From positions 160,001 to 224,000 of the forward strand of contig CAWDEM010000008.1 of NCBI GenBank assembly GCA_963801355.1: a stretch of DNA of 64,000 nt, written 5' to 3'. Below the pieces are notes generated by a model. The model worked only from the letters and a program-made list of their open reading frames with translations. It had not been told where the DNA came from and made no database searches. Source of the stretch: Ignavibacteriota bacterium (GTDB lineage Bacteria; Bacteroidota; Ignavibacteria; UBA10030; UBA6906). Shown here one piece after another: positions 37,492-46,876 of the stretch. The stretch's first letter is position 1; each line of letters starts with the position of its first letter. Made by a program: the position numbers and the translations under genes.

Positions 37492-40400
37492 ATGAACCGG
37501 ATCTTGAACAAAGCGTCCCACGTTGAAGGAATCGCCCGGTGGCCCGGAATGCTGGTGCTCTGCTTCTGCCTTGCCGGGAGCGCGATTGCACAGGATGTCC
37601 TGCAGCCTGTGGTGCCGAAACACCTCCGCGGCCGGAACGATGCGGAGCGCTCGGGAACGCATGATGCGGGGAATATCCGGACCGTGTTCTACAACTACGG
37701 CATGGTGGGTTCGTATCCTGATGATCCGATCAACGTGGATCTCTCCATCTTTCATTCGGCCGAGGTCCCCAAAGGGACAGGAATGAACTACAGTGACGGG
37801 ATCACTCCTTTTGTCCTCGGCCGCGTGCAGCAGCAAAACGGCGTGCCCGCATACATCATGGAGACGGGTTTCCGTGAGCGGCAGGTAGAGAGCCCGTACA
37901 CGCAGAAGATCATGCGGTTTGAACCGCGCCCGGGGTATATGCAGGCGAATCCCGGCATCAACGTCGGGCGGTCCATCGCGATGAGCAATGACAGCAGGAC
38001 CTGGCCGGACACGTGGCCGGACAAAGAGAGCGACGCCTTCGACCCCGGCTGGCCCGGGAGCTGGAACGGCTATTTCGGGAAACGACCGAACGCCGATCAG
38101 GAAAGTTTCTTCGTCATGGATGACGATTTCTACGATGCGTGGAATTTCTATCCCGACGCGACGCGTGATATGACACGGCGCGGGCTGGGATTGCGTGTGG
38201 AAGTGCGCGGATTCCAGTGGGCAAATCCGCAGGCAACGAATGTCATCTTCTGGCATTATGACATCGTGAACGAAGGGAGCACGTCCTACTCCGACATTCT
38301 CTTCGGCCTCTACATGGACTCCGGCGTCGGAGGATCGACATACTCGTGCGATGGGATTGCAGAGTCGGACGACGACAACGCCTATTTTGACCGATCATTC
38401 GGACTAAATCTCACCTATACATGGGACAAGTTCGGGCACGGGACCGATCTCTCGAGCAACTGTGCGGTGACCGGCTATCTGGGCTATGCCTACCTGGAGA
38501 CACCCGGCAACAGTTTCAACGCCCAGGATGACGATCAGGACGGGATTGTCGATGAGAGCCGCGACAATGCGGCGGGAGAACTGGTGCTCGGCCGGGACAA
38601 TATCCGGGCCCGCGTGCAGGCGAAGTACGGGATGTCGTCATTCGAAATCTTTTACGGGCCGCTTGCGTCACGCCCCGCCTACCGCGTCGGCCGCTGGTGG
38701 ACCGGCGATGAGAACATGAACTGGGTCGCGGACTATGATGATGTCGGCCAGGACGGACTTGCCGGCACGAACGACCCCGGTGAAGGGGATGGAATGCCCA
38801 CAGACGGAGAACCTGACTTCAATCAGACCGACAAGGATGAATCGGACCAGATCGGCCTGACCGGATTCAAGATGAACCGGATCAAAGGGCCGTCGCGGAG
38901 CGACCCCGTGGACGACATCGTGTTCTTCGGGCTCTGGCCGCCCTTGCTCTACCAGCAGTTCACCGATCCGACCCCCTCCGCACGGTTCGATGCCTCTGTC
39001 GTCCTCAACTACAACATCGGCTTTCTGTTTGCTTCCGGCCCGTTCGAACTCCGCAAGGGAAAGCGCGAGCGTTTCAGCCTTGCGCTGGCCTACGGGGCGG
39101 ATCTGGACGAGCTGCGGACCCAGGTGAAAACCGTGCAGCAGATCTACAACGCCAACTACCAGTTTGCCGTCCCCCCACCGGTCCCCGTCGTGCGTGCCGA
39201 AACCGGTGACACCTTTGTCCGGCTTTCGTGGAGCGACGTCTCGGAGCGGGGGATCGACCCGGTAACGAGAGAAAACGATTTCGAAGGGTTCCGGGTCTAC
39301 AGATCAACAGATCCGGAGTTTCGCGATCCGAGAGTCGTCACCAACGCCCGGGGAACCGGTACGTTCGGCAACGGGAGACCGATAGCGCAGTTCGATCTGA
39401 AGAATGACATCAAAGGTTTTTCACGGCAGGTGATTGACGGGGTTGCGTACGATCTGGGGACGGATTCCGGTCTCCGGCACACGTACCTCGACACCCTGGT
39501 CAACAACGGGCAGGAGTATTTCTACGCCGTGTGTGCATACGACCGGGGATCGGATTCCCTGGGTTTCTATCCTTCGGAAAATTCCATTCCCGTCTCCCGC
39601 ACGCCGCGGGGCGGGGTCGTTCTGCCGCCGAACGTGGTCCAGGTCCGGCCCGAGCCGCGCGTGCCGGGTTTCGTTGACGCCGGCGCATCGCCCGTGAGGC
39701 AGGTCCAGGGTGACGGCACGGCCGATATCCAGATCGAGATCGTCGATTCGAAGCAGGTGCCGGACACCCGCACGTACCATCTCCGGTTCGCGACGGATCG
39801 GGTCAACGGGATACATGCGACGCGATACGAACTGGTGGACAGCGTGTTGCAGAAAGCCGTCTTCAGTTTCGGGACGGATTTCTCCGGCGAGCGGCGCGGT
39901 CCGGTGGGGAACGGGTTGCTGCCGGTTATCAGGACGCCCGAGTTTCCTCAGGTTGACACCCTCAAAAGCGGCTTCCGGCCCGGTGCCGTCACGAACGCGA
40001 AACTGCGGATCACCAATGTGGATAAGGACTCGACGGATGTGCGCCGGGAGGGGTACCCGAGTGACTTCAGGATCACATTCGGCACCGTGGCGCTTGACAC
40101 GACGGTTCTCTCGATCTACGGCGATGCCATGCCGGTGAAGTTCAAGGTCGAGGCGGTCTCGTCGCAAGAGCCCCGGAAGATGAAGGTCTATTTCCTCGAC
40201 GCGGATGCGGACAGCACGCTGAGTGTCGCCGGGGATCTTCTGATTGTCGTGACCTCCATCGCGGGATCTTCCTCACCGACCGTCACGTGGCTTGTGCAGA
40301 TCGACACGACCGGCCCCGGGGGGGCAGCCGGCGTGATCCCCCCCCGCGCAGGGGATATCTATGATGCGAAGTTGAGAATCCCGCTCGGTCCTGCAGACAT

Positions 40401-40770
40401 CTTCTCTTTCACTGTCACCGGACAGCGCGTGGATGCCGGCACGGCGGTCGCGGACTATGCGTCAAAGCCATATGTAGTGCCAAACCCCTATGTGGGGGCC
40501 GCGAGTTTCGAGCCGGAACGGTATGCAGTCACCGGAAGAGGCGAACGGCGGCTGGAATTCCGGGGGATTCCCGTCGGTGCGACCATCAGGATATACACGG
40601 TGGCAGGCTATCTCGTGCAGACGCTCTATCATGATGGGTCGACGAATTCCATGATCCCGTGGAATCTCCGCACGAAAGACAATCTCGACGTCGCCCCGGG
40701 TCTCTATCTTTTCCATGTCGAGGCCGCCGGCTTCGATGAGTTCATCGGCAAGTTTGCGATCGTGAGGTGA
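37492..40770 (+). CDS. Large exported receptor-partner protein with acidic Ca-binding-like repeats, an FN3-like domain and an atypical T9SS-like CTD
   Basis: Signal peptide; DDDQDGIVDE, DVGQDG; LSW...FEGFRVYRS...NGQEYFYAVCAYD; YVVPNPY...IRIYTVAGYLV...WNLRTKDNLDVAPGLYLFHV...GKFAIVR. Confidence 0.75.
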   Translation: MNRILNKASHVEGIARWPGMLVLCFCLAGSAIAQDVLQPVVPKHLRGRNDAERSGTHDAGNIRTVFYNYGMVGSYPDDPINVDLSIFHSAEVPKGTGMNYSDGITPFVLGRVQQQNGVPAYIMETGFRERQVESPYTQKIMRFEPRPGYMQANPGINVGRSIAMSNDSRTWPDTWPDKESDAFDPGWPGSWNGYFGKRPNADQESFFVMDDDFYDAWNFYPDATRDMTRRGLGLRVEVRGFQWANPQATNVIFWHYDIVNEGSTSYSDILFGLYMDSGVGGSTYSCDGIAESDDDNAYFDRSFGLNLTYTWDKFGHGTDLSSNCAVTGYLGYAYLETPGNSFNAQDDDQDGIVDESRDNAAGELVLGRDNIRARVQAKYGMSSFEIFYGPLASRPAYRVGRWWTGDENMNWVADYDDVGQDGLAGTNDPGEGDGMPTDGEPDFNQTDKDESDQIGLTGFKMNRIKGPSRSDPVDDIVFFGLWPPLLYQQFTDPTPSARFDASVVLNYNIGFLFASGPFELRKGKRERFSLALAYGADLDELRTQVKTVQQIYNANYQFAVPPPVPVVRAETGDTFVRLSWSDVSERGIDPVTRENDFEGFRVYRSTDPEFRDPRVVTNARGTGTFGNGRPIAQFDLKNDIKGFSRQVIDGVAYDLGTDSGLRHTYLDTLVNNGQEYFYAVCAYDRGSDSLGFYPSENSIPVSRTPRGGVVLPPNVVQVRPEPRVPGFVDAGASPVRQVQGDGTADIQIEIVDSKQVPDTRTYHLRFATDRVNGIHATRYELVDSVLQKAVFSFGTDFSGERRGPVGNGLLPVIRTPEFPQVDTLKSGFRPGAVTNAKLRITNVDKDSTDVRREGYPSDFRITFGTVALDTTVLSIYGDAMPVKFKVEAVSSQEPRKMKVYFLDADADSTLSVAGDLLIVVTSIAGSSSPTVTWLVQIDTTGPGGAAGVIPPRAGDIYDAKLRIPLGPADIFSFTVTGQRVDAGTAVADYASKPYVVPNPYVGAASFEPERYAVTGRGERRLEFRGIPVGATIRIYTVAGYLVQTLYHDGSTNSMIPWNLRTKDNLDVAPGLYLFHVEAAGFDEFIGKFAIVR

Positions 40771-40774
40771 TGCG

Positions 40775-41782
40775 ATGACACGAACCATACTGATAGCCGC
40801 GGCAGCGTTGCTGACCTGGTCGGTGCTTCACGGGCAGTCCAAGACCGGCACTTCGGTGGGACAATTCACACTCATTGAGCCGAGCGCCCGCTCTTCTGCA
40901 ATGGGAGGTGTGGGGGTGACCTCCTCTGCGGAGGCCATGTCTGCATACTACAACCCTGCTGCACTCGGCTCACTGCTCCAGTCAGACCTGCAGTTTACGC
41001 ACAACGTCTGGTTTGGCGACATCGTGCTAAACCATGCTGCGGCGGCGCTTCACCTCGGGGAGCGGAGCACCGTGGCCGTTGCCGTCACGCACCTCTCGTC
41101 AGGTGATATTGATGTGCGGACCGTGGAACAACCGATGGGGACCGGCGAACGCTATTCCGTCACAGACCTTCTGATCGGTGCCGGCTTCGGCATGATGATC
41201 ACCGACCGGTTCAGCTGCGGGATCCAGGTGAACTATGCCACCGAACGAATATGGCACAGCAGCATCGGACTCTTCTCTGTCAACCTGGGGACACTCTACC
41301 GGCTCTCGGAAGATGGCTTGCGCATCGGTGCCAGTCTGGTGAATTTCGGGACCAAGGGCGCATTCGATGGGACCGACCTGCGCGTACGGTACGATCTGGA
41401 TGCGTCGAGATACGGTGACAACGCGAGCCTGCCCGCTTCCCTCGTGACCGATCAGTTCGCCCTGCCGATTGTCTTCCGTGTCGGTCTGGGTTATCCCTGG
41501 CGCGTTGACAACGGCAACATTCTGGACGTGGCGGTGGAGGCAATAAACCCCAGCGACAACAGTCCCGCGATTAATGTAGGCGCGGAATGGTTTTACCGCG
41601 AGGTGTTTGCTCTGCGCGCCGGATATGCAGCCCTTTTCCAGACCGACAGCGACTTTGGTCTGACGCTCGGTGCGGGAGTTGTCTGGGACGGTCTGGGCAA
41701 TGATCTCCGGGTTGACTACAGCTGGGCCGACCACGCCCGCCTCGGCGGAGTCCAGCGGGTGACGCTGGGGATCGCTTTCTGA
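40775..41782 (+). CDS. PorV/PorQ-family outer-membrane beta-barrel
   Basis: SKTGTSVGQFTLIEPSARSSAMG, YYNPAAL, LP..FRVG, LRAGY, terminal Phe. Confidence 0.88.
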   Translation: MTRTILIAAAALLTWSVLHGQSKTGTSVGQFTLIEPSARSSAMGGVGVTSSAEAMSAYYNPAALGSLLQSDLQFTHNVWFGDIVLNHAAAALHLGERSTVAVAVTHLSSGDIDVRTVEQPMGTGERYSVTDLLIGAGFGMMITDRFSCGIQVNYATERIWHSSIGLFSVNLGTLYRLSEDGLRIGASLVNFGTKGAFDGTDLRVRYDLDASRYGDNASLPASLVTDQFALPIVFRVGLGYPWRVDNGNILDVAVEAINPSDNSPAINVGAEWFYREVFALRAGYAALFQTDSDFGLTLGAGVVWDGLGNDLRVDYSWADHARLGGVQRVTLGIAF

Positions 41783-41823
41783 TTCCCTTTCTGTTCTGAG
41801 CTCCTTTTCATTGAGAGCGTGTC

Positions 41824-44229
41824 ATGCCTGAGCCGAATCTCTTTCCAGGAAAATACGGTCACTTCTCCGCGGACGGGCGGGAGTATGTCATCACCGATCC
41901 GCGCACGCCGCGACCCTGGATCAACGTCATCAGCAACGGCGACTACGGCCTCACGTTTTCACAGGGCGGTAGCGGATACAGCTGGCGGACGCATGCACAG
42001 CTCAACCGGCTGACCAGGTGGGAACAGGACCTGCTGAGGGACGACTGGGGAAAATACATTTATATCACTGACGAGTCCGGCCACTGCTGGTCGGCGGCAT
42101 GGAAACCCGTCGCGGTCGAGCCCTCGGAATACCGCTGCCGTCACGGCTTCGGATACTCTGTTATCGAGTCGCGCAACTTCGGCATACGGAGCGTTTTCAC
42201 GGTCTTTGTCCCCAATGACGAACCCTGTGAAGTCTGGATGCTCGAGCTGAAGAACACGTCGCGGCGGACCCGGCGGTTGCGTCTGACTACCTACCTTGAA
42301 TGGTGTCTCGGTGCCGCGCCCGATTGGCATCGCGAATTTCACCGGACGTTCATCGAGACGGAATTCGACCGGGACGCGCGCGCGATATTTGCCAGAAAAC
42401 GTCTCTGGGAAATCCCCACGGCGAAGGGACACTGGAATGCAGACTGGAACTATGTAGGATTCCACGGCTGCAGCCAGGCCCCGAATTCCTTCGACACCGA
42501 CAAGGAGACCTTCCTCGGGCGCTACGGTTCCCTCCGGCAGCCCGAAGGGGTGAAGGGCTCCGCTCTCAAGGGCCGGTCGGGGAAATGGCTTGACCCGATC
42601 GCGAGCCTCAGAGCACACATCGTGCTGCAACCGGGTGAGGAGAAGACGGTCTGCTTCACGCTCGGAGCTGCAGGTTCCCTTCAGGAAGCGCGGGATATCG
42701 CGAAGAAATACCAATCCCGGGAGTCAGCAAAGAAAGCTCTTGCAGCAGTGAGCCAGCGGTGGGAGACGCTTCTCGGAACTACGTCTGTGACTACTCCTGA
42801 TCCCGCACTGGACCTCATGGTCAACTACTGGTTGAAGTACCAGGCAATCTCAGGGAGGATCTGGGGTAGGACGGCATACTACCAGACGGGCGGAGCATTC
42901 GGGTTCCGCGACCAGTTGCAGGATTCCCAGATCTTTCTTCCCATCGATGCTGCGCGAACCCGGGATCAGATACTCCTGCATGCACGGCATCAGTTCAAAG
43001 ACGGCTCCGTATATCACTGGTGGCACCCCATCACGGAGGTCGGTCTTCGCAACGACATGAGCGACAATCTGCTCTGGCTCCCGTTCGTTGTTGCGAACTA
43101 CCTTGCGGAAACCGGTGAGGTTGCAGTTCTCCAGGACCGGCAGCCATTTCTTGACGACAGTACGCCTGCGACACTCTTCGACCATTGTCACCGGGCGATC
43201 GACCGCGTGTGGGGAAGAAGAAGCCCGCGCGGCTTGCCACTGATCGGGGCGGGCGACTGGAATGACGGATTGAGTGCCGTGGGTCTGGATATGAAGGGAG
43301 AGTCGGTCTGGCTGGGGCATTTCCTTCACAGGATACTCCTCGATTTTTCGGATATCGCGGCCCGGACGGGCGAGCGGAACCGTTCCGTGGAATACCGGGG
43401 ACGGGCAGAGATTCTACGTGAAGTGCTCAATCAGGAGGGATGGGATGGCGAGTGGTACTGGCGTGCAACGAAGGACTCCGGAGAGAAACTTGGCAGCAAA
43501 GAGAACAAAGAAGGAATGATTTATCTGAACGCCCAGACCTGGGCGGTCATAGCTGATGTGGCGGACGAAACACGCGGCGGGCTGGTGATGGATGCCGTTG
43601 AACGGTTCCTCGAATACAAGGCGGGTCCTCTCCTTCTCGTCCCCGCATACCAGACGCCGGACGTGAACATCGGGTATCTCTCCAGGTACGCGCCCGGTGT
43701 GCGGGAAAACGGGGGCGTCTACACTCATGCCGCCACGTGGTCGGTGCTTGCGGCAGCCAGGATCGGGCGAGGGGAGATGGCGTACCGCCTCTTCTCCAAG
43801 ATCAATCCCATCGTACGCGGAAGGAAGCCGGACGAGTATTATGCCGAACCGTATGTCACCGCGGGAAATATCGATGGTCCGGATTCACCCTGGTACGGTC
43901 GTGGCGGGTGGACGTGGTACACAGGTTCTGCAGCGTGGCTCTTCCGGGCTGCCATGGAAGGCATCCTCGGAATCAGGCCGACCGCCGGGGGATTACTCGT
44001 GGATCCCTGCATCATGCCGGCCTGGAAGGGATTTCACGTGCGCAGGAGGTTCCGTGGAGCTCTGTACGACATCGAAGTGAGGAATCCCGACAAGACGACC
44101 GTCGGGGTGTCTGCGTTGGAGATTGATGGCGTGGCTGTGAATGTCACTTCCCGGGGCCGGGGCGTCCTTCTTCCAATGTTCCCTCCGGAAACCGATCACC
44201 GCGTTGTTGTCACGATGGGGAACTCTTAG
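41824..44229 (+). CDS. GH94 glycoside phosphorylase (cytoplasmic), resembling the C-terminal domain of Cgs/NdvB
   Basis: TPRPWINVISN, YQTGGAFGFRDQLQD, GDWNDG (catalytic Asp), GESVWLG, PGVRENGGVYTHAA, GRGGWTWYTGSA; no signal peptide. Confidence 0.92.
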   Translation: MPEPNLFPGKYGHFSADGREYVITDPRTPRPWINVISNGDYGLTFSQGGSGYSWRTHAQLNRLTRWEQDLLRDDWGKYIYITDESGHCWSAAWKPVAVEPSEYRCRHGFGYSVIESRNFGIRSVFTVFVPNDEPCEVWMLELKNTSRRTRRLRLTTYLEWCLGAAPDWHREFHRTFIETEFDRDARAIFARKRLWEIPTAKGHWNADWNYVGFHGCSQAPNSFDTDKETFLGRYGSLRQPEGVKGSALKGRSGKWLDPIASLRAHIVLQPGEEKTVCFTLGAAGSLQEARDIAKKYQSRESAKKALAAVSQRWETLLGTTSVTTPDPALDLMVNYWLKYQAISGRIWGRTAYYQTGGAFGFRDQLQDSQIFLPIDAARTRDQILLHARHQFKDGSVYHWWHPITEVGLRNDMSDNLLWLPFVVANYLAETGEVAVLQDRQPFLDDSTPATLFDHCHRAIDRVWGRRSPRGLPLIGAGDWNDGLSAVGLDMKGESVWLGHFLHRILLDFSDIAARTGERNRSVEYRGRAEILREVLNQEGWDGEWYWRATKDSGEKLGSKENKEGMIYLNAQTWAVIADVADETRGGLVMDAVERFLEYKAGPLLLVPAYQTPDVNIGYLSRYAPGVRENGGVYTHAATWSVLAAARIGRGEMAYRLFSKINPIVRGRKPDEYYAEPYVTAGNIDGPDSPWYGRGGWTWYTGSAAWLFRAAMEGILGIRPTAGGLLVDPCIMPAWKGFHVRRRFRGALYDIEVRNPDKTTVGVSALEIDGVAVNVTSRGRGVLLPMFPPETDHRVVVTMGNS

Positions 44230-44231
44230 CG

Positions 44232-46757
44232 ATGAACACATACGCTGTCTCGAACTACCAGAAGAAAACACGCGTGCTCGGTCTTGCCATACTGACGGTT
44301 CTTGGTGCAGCCGGGATCCAGACGTCGCCCTGCCACGCTCAGACGACACCGCCGATTGTCATCTTTGACGAGGACGATGCGGCCGGTACGGGGTACTACG
44401 ATGCTTCGTTCGGCACACGCCAGGGCGGCAGCCTGCTGACGCTTGCAGGTGCGGCGAGCGACAAACTCCCGATAATTACCGGACGCGCGTACTCAGGGAC
44501 GCAGTGCGGTCTCCTGCAATGGACATCAGGCCCGGGGGCTCTCTGGGGTCTCTACGTCTCCAGTCCGGCCTGGATGGCGCGTGATGCGTCGAAATATGAT
44601 TCGTTGACGTTGATGTTCAATGGCCCGGCGATCATCGATACGGCCATGCTTCCCTGGATCAGTTTGGAAAGCACCACGAATCAAAAAGCCTCCACCGTAA
44701 GTCTGGCGACATTCCTGCCTCAGGGCCTTGACGCTGACACTGCGACGTGGCAGCGGATAAGCATCCCGCTCGGTGCTTTCAAACCGTACGGTTCCTTCCT
44801 GCTCGAGCAGTTCAAGGATTTCTGGTTCAGTCAGCGGGCTGCGGACAATGTACAGCACACGATCTGGTTTGACAACGTCTGCCTGGTCGGGAAAGAGGGC
44901 ACTCTTGCCCCCGTTGCTGTGCGGGAGCTGGTAGCCCGGAGCGGCGATCGGAGCGTACTTCTCCATTGGGAGCCGGATTCGGTACAGCTGGCGGATGGCT
45001 ACTATGTCTACCGCGCCATACAAACCGCCGGTCCATATACCCGTCTGACGGCAACTGCAGCTCCGCTCTCAGGCTGGGCGGATGTCACGGTGAGCAACGG
45101 ACAAACCTATTGGTATTACGTTCGCGCTGTCGGGGGTGGAGCAGTGGAGGGTCCCCCCTCGGACACCGTTGCCGTCGCTCCTGCGGCGTTTCTGAACGAC
45201 GGGGATTTTCTGGATTACGTGCAGCGTGCTGCAATCGACTATTTCTGGTACGAGGCGAATCCGTCAAATGGCCTGATCCGTGACCGTAGCCAGCGTGGCT
45301 CGCCGGCCAGCATCGCCGCTACCGGTTTCGGCCTTTCTGCGATTCATGTCGGAGCTGACCACGGGTGGATCCCCCGTGCGGCGGCGCGAGACCGCGTACT
45401 CAGAACATTGCAGACATTCTGGGAGGGGCCCCAGGGGACCGGGATCTCCGGGACGATCGGCTACCGCGGTTTCTTCTACCATTTTCTCGACATGACCACG
45501 GCAACGCGGATGGTCAGCTGGGATCCCGAACTCTCGTCGATCGACACAGGGTTGTTGCTCGCGGGGATTCTGGATGCGCGCCAGTACTTCAACGGTGCGG
45601 ATTCCCTTGAGTCGCGAATCCGCGAGCTTGCCGATTCAATCTACGCCAGGGTCGAATGGGACTGGATGCGCAACGGCGGAGTGTCGCTGACCCATGGGTG
45701 GCAACCGGCGTCCGGTTTTCTTCCATACCGGTGGACCGGGTATTGCGAGGCGATGATTTTGTATATCCTGGCAATGGGAGCGCCTGCCCACGCCATTCCC
45801 GGGAGTGCATGGGGGTCATGGACGAGCGGGTACAGCTGGTACTCAAACCAGTACGGTTTTTCCTTCCTGGGTTTTCCTCCTCTCTTCGGTCATCAGTATA
45901 CGCACTGCTGGGTGGACTTCAGAGGAATCGCTGATGCCTACATGACTGCAAAGGGCATCACCTACGCAGAGAACACCCGGCGTGCCACACTTGCCCAGCA
46001 GGCCTACTGCATTGCGAACCCGAGAGGGTTCGCCGGATATGGCGCGCTTGTGTGGGGGTTGACTGCGTGCGACGGTCCAAACGGTACAGGCTACCTGGGT
46101 TACAGTGCCCGGGGGGCGCCCGGCCCTGGCACAATTGACGATGGGACGATTGCGCCCACCGCTGCAGCGGGGTCCATGCCGTTCACCCCGGAGATCTCTC
46201 TGCCCACGCTGCGCAATATGTACGATCAGTACAGGACGAATATCTGGACGCTGTACGGCTTTGCCGATGCGTTCAATCTTAAGGCGAATTGGTGGGATGC
46301 CGACGTCATCGGAATCGACCAGGGGCCAATTGCGTTGATGACCGAGAATCACAGGACCGGATCTCTCTGGACACGCTACATGGCCGCGCCGGAGATACAG
46401 CGCGGATTGTCCGCGGCTGGCTTCGCGACGTTGGTCTCTGTGCCGGGCGAGAAACACAACGTCCCCCTGCAGTGGGCACTCGAGCAGAACTATCCCAATC
46501 CTTTCAACCCGAGTACAACGATAGGATACACGGTACCGGGAACAGGCAGTAGGCACGAGGCAATAGGCAACGGGTGGATGCGGCTCAGCGTACATGACAT
46601 ACTGGGCCGTGAGGTCGCGGTGCTCGTGGATGAAAAGAAAGAACCCGGGAGCTACACGGTGACATGGAATGCGGCCGGCCTCGCGAGCGGCGTCTATCTG
46701 TGCAGGCTCACCGCAGGTGAGTTCACCGATGTGAAGCGGATGGTGCTGCTCCGCTAG
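44232..46757 (+). CDS. Secreted GH144 beta-1,2-glucanase with CBM-like domain, FN3 and T9SS type A CTD
   Basis: SIAATGFGL, GFFYHFLD, ELSSIDT, PLFGHQY, WGLTACDGP, DDGTIAPTA, GIDQGP; LEQNYPNPFNPST CTD. Confidence 0.88.
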   Translation: MNTYAVSNYQKKTRVLGLAILTVLGAAGIQTSPCHAQTTPPIVIFDEDDAAGTGYYDASFGTRQGGSLLTLAGAASDKLPIITGRAYSGTQCGLLQWTSGPGALWGLYVSSPAWMARDASKYDSLTLMFNGPAIIDTAMLPWISLESTTNQKASTVSLATFLPQGLDADTATWQRISIPLGAFKPYGSFLLEQFKDFWFSQRAADNVQHTIWFDNVCLVGKEGTLAPVAVRELVARSGDRSVLLHWEPDSVQLADGYYVYRAIQTAGPYTRLTATAAPLSGWADVTVSNGQTYWYYVRAVGGGAVEGPPSDTVAVAPAAFLNDGDFLDYVQRAAIDYFWYEANPSNGLIRDRSQRGSPASIAATGFGLSAIHVGADHGWIPRAAARDRVLRTLQTFWEGPQGTGISGTIGYRGFFYHFLDMTTATRMVSWDPELSSIDTGLLLAGILDARQYFNGADSLESRIRELADSIYARVEWDWMRNGGVSLTHGWQPASGFLPYRWTGYCEAMILYILAMGAPAHAIPGSAWGSWTSGYSWYSNQYGFSFLGFPPLFGHQYTHCWVDFRGIADAYMTAKGITYAENTRRATLAQQAYCIANPRGFAGYGALVWGLTACDGPNGTGYLGYSARGAPGPGTIDDGTIAPTAAAGSMPFTPEISLPTLRNMYDQYRTNIWTLYGFADAFNLKANWWDADVIGIDQGPIALMTENHRTGSLWTRYMAAPEIQRGLSAAGFATLVSVPGEKHNVPLQWALEQNYPNPFNPSTTIGYTVPGTGSRHEAIGNGWMRLSVHDILGREVAVLVDEKKEPGSYTVTWNAAGLASGVYLCRLTAGEFTDVKRMVLLR
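46544..46571 (+). repeat. Four tandem AGGCANN heptamers inside the CTD coding region
   Basis: aggcagt aggcacg aggcaat aggcaac. Confidence 0.8.
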
Positions 46758-46876
46758 CATCGATCGAATTCAGGGGCAAGCAGTTATGATTGTCTCTTGG
46801 TTAGAACAGCATGCAGGGGCTGGCATTGATCATCGGAAGAGTACATAGTCACTGGCACTCATGATTCTCCATTAGC

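Noticed and set aside
37492-40770. Calling the receptor partner SusD
   Set aside because: About twice the size of SusD, beta-rich with FN3 and a CTD, and no SusD motifs.
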